Made by a program: the position numbers and the translations under genes. From Felis catus (Eukaryota): DNA of 64,000 nt. The notes below the pieces were generated by a model. It was not told the DNA's origin and searched no databases. It worked only from the letters and a program-made list of their open reading frames with translations. The stretch lies in the NCBI RefSeq assembly GCF_018350175.1, contig NC_058386.1:126480001-126544000 (forward strand), written 5' to 3'. Of the stretch, positions 48,043-61,760 are shown one piece after another; position 1 is the stretch's first letter; every line of letters starts with the position of its first letter.

Positions 48043-48265
48043 CGGGCGCCTGGGTGGCTCAGCCGGTTGAGCGTCCGACTTCGGCTCAGGTCCTGATCTT
48101 GCGGTTCGTGAGTTCGGGTCCCACGTCGGGCTCTGGTGCTGACAGCTCAGAGCCTGGAGCCTTGCTTTGGATTCTGTGTCCCCCTCTCTCTCCGCCCCAC
48201 CCCTGCTGTGCTCTGTCTCTCTGTCTCTCTGTCTCTCTGTCTCTCTCTGTCTTTCAAAAAAAATG
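48043..48265 (+). mobile_element. Feline SINE
   Basis: Starts gggcgcctgggtggctcagccggttgagcgtccgacttcggctcagg and has a (CT)n/A tail. Confidence 0.9.
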
Positions 48266-48691
48266 AATATACTTAAAAAATTTTTAAAAAACCAAATGTA
48301 CGTGCATACACATATAAAGTAGGCAAGCAAAACTGGAATCATAGTGCACTTACAGCTCCGAACGCTTAGATATTTAAATTTTTTTCCACTATAATGTATG
48401 CGTGTTATAAAATCATTCATGCCTTACACAAAGGTGTGTTGTTAGAAAGTAAACATTTCCCATAAACTCAGTGTCTGCAGTAACCATTATGACCAGTTTT
48501 ACGTGCGTCCTCCCAGACTTTTTCCTAGGATATATTCATCTGCGTTTATAACGGTTTTTCTTTTGCTTGTTTGCATACATAGGATCATACCGATCAAGTA
48601 GGCAGTTGGTTAGACATGAGCCAGAGGCAAAGGCGGTGTTAAATAGGTGACACGTTAGAAGCCTGAGGGCACAATGTCCTGACTTTGTGGC

Positions 48692-49220
48692 TGTTAACAT
48701 CCTGGTCCTATGGCTTCCAACACCCCCAGGTTGACAGACCAAGGGCCACAGGTGCAGAACAGGGGCTCTCCTCTTCAACCTTGGTTGGCCTCAGGGTAAC
48801 CTACAGCTTCATTATACTAGATTTACCTCGTTTTGTTTTCAACTCTCCCCGCCCAAGGGAAGATGGCCATGGACTCTTCTGGCCAGAACCTTGTGGGCGG
48901 GGCCAGAAAAACTCCCCCTCCCAACCGGTAGGAGGAGTTGCCCACATGATGGGAAGCACCCTCAGTGGGAGACCCCCCTAGCTGTGACCCATCCGGAACC
49001 TATGCAAACATACAGAGAAAAGGCACCCCAAACCCCAGACACCTCTGGGCCTGTCCGCTCTGCCACCTGGAGAGTGCACTGTCCTTAATAAACTGCTTTG
49101 TGCTTGCTACTTTCCTTCTGGCTGTCCTTATTTGAGCGCAGATCCTCATGGAAACGTTCCGTGGGGGATCCAAGAGTGGAGGCTTCCATTCACGCTATGT
49201 AGACGCTCCCACTGGTAAAC
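48692..49220 (+). mobile_element. Probable solo LTR (ERV1-like)
   Basis: TG...CA ends and an AATAAA at ~49087 followed by a U5-like segment. No TSD confirmed. Confidence 0.45.
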
Positions 49221-50009
49221 AATACCCTGTACCAAATTGGCTGTTTATAATCCTTATTCCAGGAATCCCATGGTCCTGTCATTTGTACAATCTTCTACTG
49301 GGCTGTTTGTGTCTTTTATGGATTTATTTGCTAAGGGTCACTTGTGTTTTGAAGATACTCACTTTAGTTTGCCCTTTGGGTTACTAATGTCTTCCTAACT
49401 TGTCTTTCCATTTTGTTTATGATGTTTTCTTCCCTAACAGAGCTTAACACCTTTGTGTAATTAGACACTGGTGTTGGTTTATTTGTGGTTGTGGCTGTTT
49501 GCTTCTGGATTTCGCACCCTGCTTTGTTTACTGTTTGACTTAGGAATAAGGTCAAGACCGGCTTTCTTTTTCTTCTGACTCGAGTAACCCAAATAATTTC
49601 ACCATTGCTCTTTACGTACTCTTTCAAGTTGGGTTTGACTCTGGCTTCTGGCTCTTCATTTTACATCTCTTTCTCCAGGCACAGCTCTGGCTTGGTCCCT
49701 TAGAACACTGCTTGTGTCCTGGCTGAGAAACCTTACCCTCCCATGAGGACATGGGACTTGTGCTCGACTTTGGACATCAACTTTGCAGCCACCCATCTGG
49801 GCCTTTCTCCCCATATCCTTCACTCTCCTACATAGTAGAATAATGCTCCCTCAGCCGCTAACCAGGTAATATGCCGTAATTACAGAAACCTGGATCAGTA
49901 GGTCATGGGGGAATGTACAGTTCCTACAAGATCGTGAACTCAATAACCTGAAAACTCCATCACCACTGAAACTAGGGTTGTGTGTATTTAAACATATATA
50001 GAAATATAT

Positions 50010-50078
50010 TTCAATTTCTTTTATTTCTTTTGAGAGAGCGCGCACACATGCACGTGAGCGGGGGTTGGGGAAGCAGAA

Positions 50079-50115
<37 letters not shown>

Positions 50116-50243
50116 GAATCTCAAGATGGCTCCATGCTCAGCACAGGGCCCTATGCAGGGCTCGATGCCAAGAACTGTGAGATCATGACCTGAGCCAAAA
50201 TCAAGAGTCAGACGCTTCACCAACTGAGCCACCCAGGTGCCCC
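50010..50243 (-). mobile_element. CanSINE
   Basis: Contains gagatcatgacctgagcc...caactgagccacccaggtgcccc with (GA)n. Confidence 0.88.
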
Positions 50244-50889
50244 TGTACAATCTTTTTAAACAAAATATTCATGGTAGTATTATTTATAATAGGTTTTTCT
50301 TAACGAAAGAAGAAAACCCCAAATGCTCCGGTATCCCCAGTGCAACAGTCCTCTAATGCACTGATGCCCTAGCCTCTCTCTCTTTCATCTCGTTCTTGTC
50401 CTCATGTTTCTCCCTGCGCCCTTCGAAGGGCAATCCAAGCTGAGCCAATCAAATCTCTCTGTCGGTCGGTCTGTCTGTCCTCCTCTGTCTCTGTCTGTCC
50501 CTTCTCCCACACCAATCCCAACTTTCTCTACTGTAACCTTCGGGCCGTTTCCTCAGAGAGGCCATCCCAGATCACCTAGCCCAAATTTGCTGGAGAAACA
50601 AATGTGCAAGAAGAAATGAAGATGCAGGTTTAGACCCTGGTGAAGGCGACATTTCAATTCAGCGGAGACATATGGATTAGTCAATAAATGACATTGAGAC
50701 ACCTGAGGAACCTTGGGGGGAAGGGGACAAAATTAGACCAATGTCATCTTTCACACCACAATAAATTCCTTGTGTGTTAACATTTCAAAGTACTAGAAGA
50801 TGGCACGAGGGACAAATTTTATAATTTTACAGTGGGGATGGCTTTCCCTTGGACATAAACTACAAAGATCATAATGACAAAAATGTACC

Positions 50890-51085
50890 ACTTGCATACA
50901 TTAAAAAAAAAAAAAAGAGGTTAGAGAGGGAGGGAGCCAAAACATAAGAGATTCTTAAAAACTGAGAACAAACTGAGGGTTGATGGGGGGGAGGGTGGGT
51001 GATGGGTATTGAGGAGGGCCCCTGTCGGGATGAGCACTGGGTGTTGTATGGAAACCAATTTGACAATAAACTTCATATTTAAATA
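50890..51085 (+). mobile_element. Carnivore L1 extreme 3' end
   Basis: Contains aaaactgagaacaaactgagggttgatgggg...aaccaatttgacaataaa. Confidence 0.85.
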
Positions 51086-51265
51086 CAAGAAAAAGTTAAA
51101 AACCCTCCAGTACAGAATAGAACTATAAACAAGAATTCAGTGAAGCAATGAGGAAGGAAAGTATTTTCAATTACTTTGGCCAAGATTTGGTATCTTTGTA
51201 TATAAAGAGCATTCACCAATCAATAAGTAAAATATGACTATTCCAATTGAAAAATTAATCAACGA

Positions 51266-51418
51266 GGGCCGCCTGGGTGGCTCAGTCAGGTAAGCACCTG
51301 AGTCGGTTTCGGCTCAGGTCATGATCTCACGGTTGGTGGGTTCAAGCACTGCGTCGGGCTCTGCACTCACAGCGCAGGAACTGCTTGGGTTCTCTCTCTC
51401 TCTCTGCCTTCTCCCCTT
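51266..51418 (+). mobile_element. CanSINE, 3'-truncated, abutting the 3' end of gene D
   Basis: Starts gggccgcctgggtggctcagtcagg...ggctcaggtcatgatctcac and has no A tail. Confidence 0.85.
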
Positions 51419-51611
51419 GCTCTGACACTGTAGCTGAAAATACACTCAGATGCGGAAAAATAGTTTTATTTTCTGCTGTAAGAACGCCCCTCCTCCAGCA
51501 ATGGGGAAAAACAAGGCCCAAAGTCCAATACGAACAATTAGACCCCCGTAATAAAGCGGCAACCAGCATCGGAATGGACGCCCTAGGGAAGGAAGGGACG
51601 CTAGGTTACAA

Positions 51612-52726
51612 TTAGCCCCTTTTGCCTGGCTCCGGCAATGTGAAAAACGGGGGCACGAAGCGCTGCATGGTCCAAACCAACAGGGAAAGCTGGTCAAGAC
51701 AGGAGGCGATGGAAACCTGGAGTTGGCCAGGGTCTTCGGCAGTCAGTCGGCTAAAAGTGAGGGAAAAAGAAAATCCAAATGAAATGTCATCACTCTTGCC
51801 CCTATCTCTCTGCCCCCCCTCAGGTGGCCGCAGGCTCAGGGTGCCACACCTACCTCTTTGGACCTAACCTTTGGTGTCTCCAATTCACTATTAGAACGGC
51901 CCTCAGGAGATAGGCCCTAGCGACCTGACACCACCCCCCACGAGGGACCCGTTTGGAACTAACATAATTAGGACGTTGCCGAGTACCGTGAACTCCTTCC
52001 GAACTGCCCCGACCTGGGGCTGGCCCTGTGTTGCCAGACACTGGTGGGCCACCTGTGCCTCCGTGGGTGACGGGAAAGGCATGGTGACGTAGCTGGTAGC
52101 CATTCGGTTAAGGCATCATCGAAAACCGATCGCGTCGGTGCCTCAGGCGTCCTGACCACTCCGAGGCCTGCTTTCCCCACGGCCACTCTCCCCCCTCTCC
52201 ATCCTCTCCGGTCCGCTCCCCTCCTTGCTGGTCCATCAGGCCGCCTCTCCCCGCCACCCCTCCCGGCCACCCCTGGCCCATCCGCCCCCCGGGCCGGTCC
52301 CTCCGGTGCCCCGGTCCCCCCCTCCCCTCCTTGCCCTGGACCCCCAGGCTGAACCCCCTCCCCTCCGCTCCCCGCCCCGTCGCCTCCTCTAGGCCCATCG
52401 CCCCGGCCACCCGCCACTCGGCCAAGAGGATACAACTGCAGCGGCTGGCTCCCCGGCCCTCCGGCTGTGGGCCCGCTGTGCCCACGGGGTCCCGGCAAAG
52501 GGTGTCCGCCAAGCCCTGGCACGGCAGCTGCGCCCGGGACGGGAGCACATGGCGCCTGCGCGACCCGCGGGGCCGCACCGGCCGCGGCACACTCCTCTCC
52601 CTCACCACCTCCACCGCCGGGGCCCTCGTGGCCTCCGGGGCCATCTGGGACACCGGGGTCTCCCGGGCCACGCTGACCCTCGGGACCGCCGGCCCCACCG
52701 CCTGCGCCTCGATCTGTGGCCTCCAT
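51612..52726 (-). CDS. CTAG1B: CTAG1 (NY-ESO-1)-like gene D, intact, 186 aa
   Basis: Strong Kozak ggaaccATGG at 52726. Exons 52434-52726, 51964-52092, 51612-51750. Reads MEATDRGAGG...PGDPGVPDGPGG; FYVTMPFPSPTEAQVAHQCL...RKEFTVLGNVLIIRLTAEDPGQLQVSIASCLDQLSLLVWTMQRFVP, the closest match here to NY-ESO-1. AATAAA lies at 51465-51470 (minus). Confidence 0.93.
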
Positions 52727-52762
52727 GGTTCCCCGGCCTGGACTTCGGCTGAACCGCCGAGG

Positions 52763-52960
52763 GAACGAACGAACGAACGAACGAACGCACGAACTAACGA
52801 GGCTCCCTCGGGAAGCGGGTGACGTCACCTGCGCTCCCCGCGCACCTGCGCAAACCGGCCGGAGGCTAATGCCCAGAATCCCCTCCTGTAGGCCACTGGC
52901 ACGTGACTGTTTCCGGCCCGGCCCGCCCCTCCCCCCAAGCGTGTGTCTGCGCAGGCGCCA
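52763..52960. promoter_or_regulatory. Promoter/5'UTR of gene D: (GAAC)6 repeat, full CRE, E-box, GC box, NRF1-like site
   Basis: (GAAC)n 52763-52786, TGACGTCA 52820-52827, CACGTGAC 52900-52907, TGCGCAGGCGCC 52948-52959. Confidence 0.6.
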
Positions 52961-53524
52961 GCCGGGCGCACGTGCCAGCAGCCAGCTGACCGCCGCCCGC
53001 CGGGTCCCGGGCATCGAGGCGTGGGCCGTGCTCAGGCGCTTCTGGACAGCACCGTGCCTGTCCCTGTCTGTGGGCTCCCCGTACGGCTCGGGTCTGCGTG
53101 TGCCTGGACCCGTCCCCGGGGGCCGGGGGGGAGGGGGCGACGCGGGATGCCGAGCAGGGGCCACTCCCAGGCCCTGCCTGTCCTCAGGGAGCACGCCCCG
53201 CACGGCCCCTAGGGGAGCTGGAAGGGACGGGCCTGGCTCCCTCACCATTTGTAGGTCCCAGGCGCCGTCAGTCCCCTAGTGCCTGCCAGCCTGGGGGAGG
53301 GTACACCGCCGAGGGCGCGACCGGCCTCCGGCCGGGGGCTCCCGGGCTCCCGCCTCCCACACCGCAATGGCTGCGGGCTTGGGCCGGGGGCCCGGGGGCC
53401 CAGGGGCCCAGGGGGACCCAGCTGGACCCGAGGGCAGCGGCACGGGGGAGTACCGCCCCGGCGACAGCTCCCCGGTCGCTTTGCCCTCTGCTGTGGCAGC
53501 CCTGACGGGCTGTCCCTCCCCCAG

Positions 53525-56642
<3,118 letters not shown>

Positions 56643-57559
56643 GTCAGTCCCCTGCACCCCCTCTTCCCTGCACGACTCCCTCCTTCCCTCCCTCCCTCCC
56701 TCCCTCTCACCCACCGGATCAAGGCGTTTCCTCCCAAGTGCCCCTTCTCCCACCCACTACTAGGATGTAGCATCAAGCTAGGAGTCTCTGGGCCAGAAGT
56801 CTCTGGGCCGGCCCACAGGGGGGTGGATGGAAGGAACGCTGAGCCTCCAGGTCTCGAGGTCACGGCAGGGGGAGGAGAGAGAGGTCTGTCCCTAGCCCCT
56901 GCCCCGTTTCCCTAGGACAGAGTGTGGGGTGTGGTCAGTGCCTGTGGGAGGGGCCCCGGACCCCCACCCGTGGCAGGTGGTGGGAAAACTCCAAACTCCT
57001 GCGCAGCCGACTTCAGTCCTGAGGGGACACGCCCAGGTGGCAGCCAGCTGCCCCTTGCCTGTGTCGGGCATCCCTGCCCCAGTTTCTCTTCTAGCAGGGT
57101 ACAGAGACACCTGTGAGAACACTCGTGCAGGGCAAGGTGGCTCACTAGAGGAAGGTTGGAATAGAGGACGTGGAGTCAAGCTGCAGAATCCAGCACAGAT
57201 CTTCCCCATGGCTACTTGGCACCAAAAACACTCGTCTCGTAAGACGTCACAGTAGCTCACGCTTCCTGTGTTCCAGGCTCTCTCTCAAGTGCTTTGTATA
57301 CGTCAACCCGGTATGTCAGTTTTCCCGCAAGCATGATAGCAGCCACGGTCTCCTCCTGCCGTGTTGCCACTGTCCTTCAAAGCGTGAGCGCATGCTCTCT
57401 CTCCACGGCTGCAGAGACTCAAAGCCTGTCCATCTCTGGATGGTGCTAATTGCATCTTTACTCCATCCGTAAAATCGTGTGGATAGCCTGTAATCCGTGG
57501 GCTAAATTATTAAATTCACCTCCACCAATTTAGCTGGAATAAAATAGTAGAGGGAACAT

Positions 57560-59130
57560 GGGGCAAGGAGGAAATTAGCTAGTCCAAATGAAAAGATGGG
57601 TAAAGTGACAAAGAAATCAAGCAGGCCTAAGGGTTACAGTCCTCACTTCTACATTAGACGTGAGGCTCGCATAGGCACTTTTCGTTTCTTTTATCTGCCG
57701 TCCTTTCCCTCCCCGTTCCCTTTGCCCTCAGCCAACATCCCAGCTCATGAGGATGGGGTGACCCAAGCCTTCTTTCCCAAGGGGGCTGAGCCCTTGCTGG
57801 GCCATAAGGACTCACTGCCATCTTCCGCTGAATTTTACCTTCCCACGTAGCGGTACCAGGAGATGCCCCCGCCCCCCAAATTCTGTGGGTCTCCAGCACA
57901 CTTCTCCCCAACCCCAATGTAGGGCAGCGGCTCTCTCTCCTCTGGATCACCAGGATACCTCTCCCCAGCCAATGCAATAACCCCTCTGGCTTGTTGGTGC
58001 AAGAGCACAAGGAGCCCCAAATGGCCAGGGAAATGCTGCAAAGTCAGTTTAGTGCAGCCTTTTTGTGGAGACCGTGACGGTGAATGAGACTTTGGTATGT
58101 CCAGGGACAGCATTGCCGGCAAAACCATGTCAGCAGGGAGGGCAGGTACGTATGTAGACAGACTATTCCAGGAAGGAAAACTTGTTGCCCCCTGCATGAG
58201 GGAGGGGGTCCGATGTAGTCAACATTTCAGCAGATCGCCTGGGTGATCTCTCTCAAGAATGACACCATTATGTGGGCCTCTGTTTTTGGTAGATGGGGCA
58301 TGGAGCAGTAATAATACCCAGATCAGTCTTGCCGAGGTGAAGGCCGTGTTGTTCAGCCCGTGAATAACGGCCATTTCTGTCCCCATGGCCCCTTTTATCA
58401 TGAGCCCACTGAGTCGGAATCGGGGCAACGGGGGGAGGGAGTGCCCGGTTGGCTCAGTCGGTTAAGCGGCCATCTCTTGATTTCAGCTCGGGTCATGATC
58501 TCACAGTGCGGTTCGTGGGTCCAAGCTGCACGTCGGGCTCTGTGCTCACTGCATGGAGGCGGCTTCAGATCCTCTGTCTCCCTCTTTCTGACCCTCTCCC
58601 GCTCGCACACTGTCTCTCAAAAATAAATAAGCGTTAAAAAAGAGAACCGGGGTCCCTGGGGAAAGAGGCTGACTGCCATGCACAGAAGGGGTCGTCTTAT
58701 CTACCTGATTACCAAAAGCCCCCTCTGTACTGGGTACACCTTGGTGAACATGCACAAGGAATGAATGTTTCCTCACGATGTGGACCCATTCTTGGAAGTC
58801 CATTCATATAGTTCTTCCCCAGCCTGCCTTGCTATCAATCCTCCATCAAATGCTTCCAGGTCTGAAACACACCCCCTGGAAGGGACAGGGCTGAGGTACA
58901 ATGGCGGCCAGCTGGGAGGGTTGTGGGGGTGGTACAACGGCTTTCTGACAATCAGTTATTCACCTTCGTCGTTAAACAAGTCATCCTTTCCCTACTGATC
59001 TTCAACATCAACTTCACTATGTAATTATTGCCCATATGTGTTGGAGACATTTTCTAGACTTTCTCTCAAGCCCATTGTTGTGTCTGAATATGCCCATACC
59101 TGCACCACACTCCCCTTTGAAAAGAATATG
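57560..59130 (-). mobile_element. ERVL internal (pol/integrase) fragment with SINE insertion at 58437-58640
   Basis: Minus-strand degenerate integrase zinc-binding and core region (ERVL-type H..SGHGG...QQHG...DL......P) around 58200-58420. Confidence 0.75.
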
Positions 59131-59133
59131 ACA

Positions 59134-59350
59134 GGGGAACCTGGGTGGTTCGATGAGTTAAGCGTCTGAGTTGGTTCCGGCTCAGGTCGTGATCTCACAG
59201 TTCGTGAGATCGAGCCCTGAGTTGGGCTCTGCGCTGACAGTGCAGAGCCTGCTTAGGATTCTCTCTCCCTCTCTCTGCCTCTCCTCTGCTCACTCGCTCT
59301 CTCGCTCTTTCTCTCTCTCTCTCTCAAAATAAATAAGACTTAAAAAAAGA
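59134..59350 (+). mobile_element. CanSINE
   Basis: Contains ggctcaggtcgtgatctcacagttcgtgagatcgagccc with a (CT)n and A tail. Confidence 0.88.
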
Positions 59351-60099
59351 AAAAGAATATTTACAGGAAAAAAATTCATGAATGTCAATTGTAGGATTGT
59401 AACAGAACAATGTTTACTTTATTGAGCCTACATCAAATGCACCTGAACCAGAGCTCCTGCCATCCCAAGACCAACAAGAACCTCCTGTACCTTTCCAGGC
59501 CAGTCAGTGTCACCCCCTACCCCCCCCACACACACACACTGTGCCAGGCAAGCTTAGTAACTGCTTAAAGTGCCACAAAAGGACGAGACTATGTAAAGGC
59601 ACATAGAGTAGGGTGTTGCGTATACAAGAAGAGCATAAACATTAAAAGCAAATCCTCTGGTGTCTTGAATTTCCTTTTTTTTTTTTTTTTTACTTTAAAA
59701 GTTATGAGATTGGTAATGGGGGGTTAACTGCCTTAGAGACAAAAAAAATCGCTATTAAAACCAACCTTTTCAACAAAATAACCATTATTGCCATCCTTGA
59801 CTCCTTGTCCTTTCCTTTATCATCTTCGTCTTCTTTCTGTTCCTCTTTTTCTCACTTTTTCAGCCTTTACAGCCCCATTTTCTTTTCTTACCTCAGGTCT
59901 CTGTTAGCCACATACCCCAGAATATCCATTCTGTATTTTTCTCCATCTGAACAACCTTATCATCTACTCATTTCTCCCCGTTTCTTTGTGGCATCTCCCG
60001 TGGAAAGGGTGGGATATTCCCCTTGAGTAGAATGCGATGCTCAGAACAAAATAAGGAAATGGACAAAGGGCTGCTGGATGAATTTAGATCCTTAGGTGG

Positions 60100-60423
60100 T
60101 TTTCTATTTAGGGGGAAATGAGCTGTGTCTGCCTCTGCCATGTCTTGCCCTTCGCAGAGCGTTTGGAGTAGGAGGCGCAAGCATATAGATGAAGCTCCTG
60201 ATGCTCCTCCCGGCACCATGTGGACTCTCAGTTTTATTCCTTTGGTCTATATGTGTCCCCATATGCCAATACCACACTGCTTTGATTGCCGTTGCTTTGT
60301 AATAAGTTTTGGAATCAGCAAGTGTGTGTCCTCCCATTTTATTCCTTTTTTTCAAAATTGTTTTGATTGATCATGTCCCTTTGCAATTCCACGTGAATGC
60401 AAAGATCGACATTTCTCTTTCTG

Positions 60424-60454
<31 letters not shown>

Positions 60455-61760
60455 AAAGAAGAAAGAAAGAGAAAGAAAGAAAGAAAGCCGTTGCAATTTT
60501 TATAGGTACTGCCTTGCATCTTTAGATCACTTTCGNNNNNNNNNNNNNNNNNNNNNNNNNNNNNNNNNNNNNNNNNNNNNNNNNNNNNNNNNNNNNNNNN
60601 NNNNNNNNNNNNNNNNNNNNNNNNNNNNNNNNNNNNNNNNNNNNNNNNNNNNNNNNNNNNNNNNNNNNNNNNNNNNNNNNNNNNNNNNNNNNNNNNNATG
60701 TCTTTCATTTATTTAGGTCTTCTTTAATTTCTTTCAGCAATGTTTTATAGTTTTCACGTATGATCCTTACTTACCCTTCCTTGGTTAAATTTATTTCTAA
60801 GTATTTTATCCCTTTTGATACTATTGTCGGGGGGATTATTTTCCTATTTTCATCTTCAGATTGTTCATTGCTGGTGTACCAAAAAACAACTGATCTCTGC
60901 GTGTTGCTCTTGTAACCTGAAACTTTCCATAATTCATTTATTAGCTCTAGCAGTTTTTTGTGGATTCCTTGAGGTTTTCTATATATAAGATCGGGCCCTC
61001 TGCACATAGAGATAGTTTTACTTTTTTGATGCCTTTTATCTCTTTTTCTTGCCTGACTGCTCTGGATGGAACTTGTAGTACAACGTTGAAAATCACTGTT
61101 GAAAGTCGGCATCCTTTCTTGTACCTGATCTTAGAGTAAAAGCTTTCAGTCTTTCACCACTGAGTATGATGTTAGCTGTGGGTTTTTCATAAATCCCCTT
61201 TATCATGTCTTGGAAGTTCCCTTATATTCTTAGGGTTTTTTTTTTTGTTTTGTTTTGTTTTTTGTAAATGTCTTCATTATGAAACGTTGTTAGATTTTGT
61301 CAAAAACTTTGTCTACGCCAATTAAGATGATTGGGATTTTTTCCCCTTTGTTTTATTGATTCCCTGGTAGATTTCACATATGGAACCACCCTTGCATTCC
61401 TAGAACAAATCTTACTTGGTGATTCTGTCTGTGTAATTCTTTTAATATGTTGCTGGATTCAGTTTGCTAGTATTGTGCTGAGGGTTTTTGCATCTGTATT
61501 CATAAGGGATACTGACTTGTAGTTTGTTTGTTTGTTTTCGTGGTGTCTCTACTTAGCTTTGGTATCAGGGTAATGTCAGCCTCATAGAATGAGTTAAGAG
61601 CCGTTCCCTCCTCTTCTGTTTTTTGAGTTTGAGGAGGATCAATGTTCATTATTCTTTAAGTGTTTGGTAGAATTCTCCAGTGAGGCTACCTGGTCACGTA
61701 TTTTTATTTGATGGGTATTTTTTTTATTATTGGTTCAATCTCTTATTATAGGTCTGTTCA
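60100..61760 (-). mobile_element. L1 ORF2 fragment
   Basis: Minus-strand peptides LADSKTYYKATAIKAVWYW....HIDQRNK and KLLELINE..KVSGYK.NTQRSV...IKYLEINLTKE. Confidence 0.88.
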
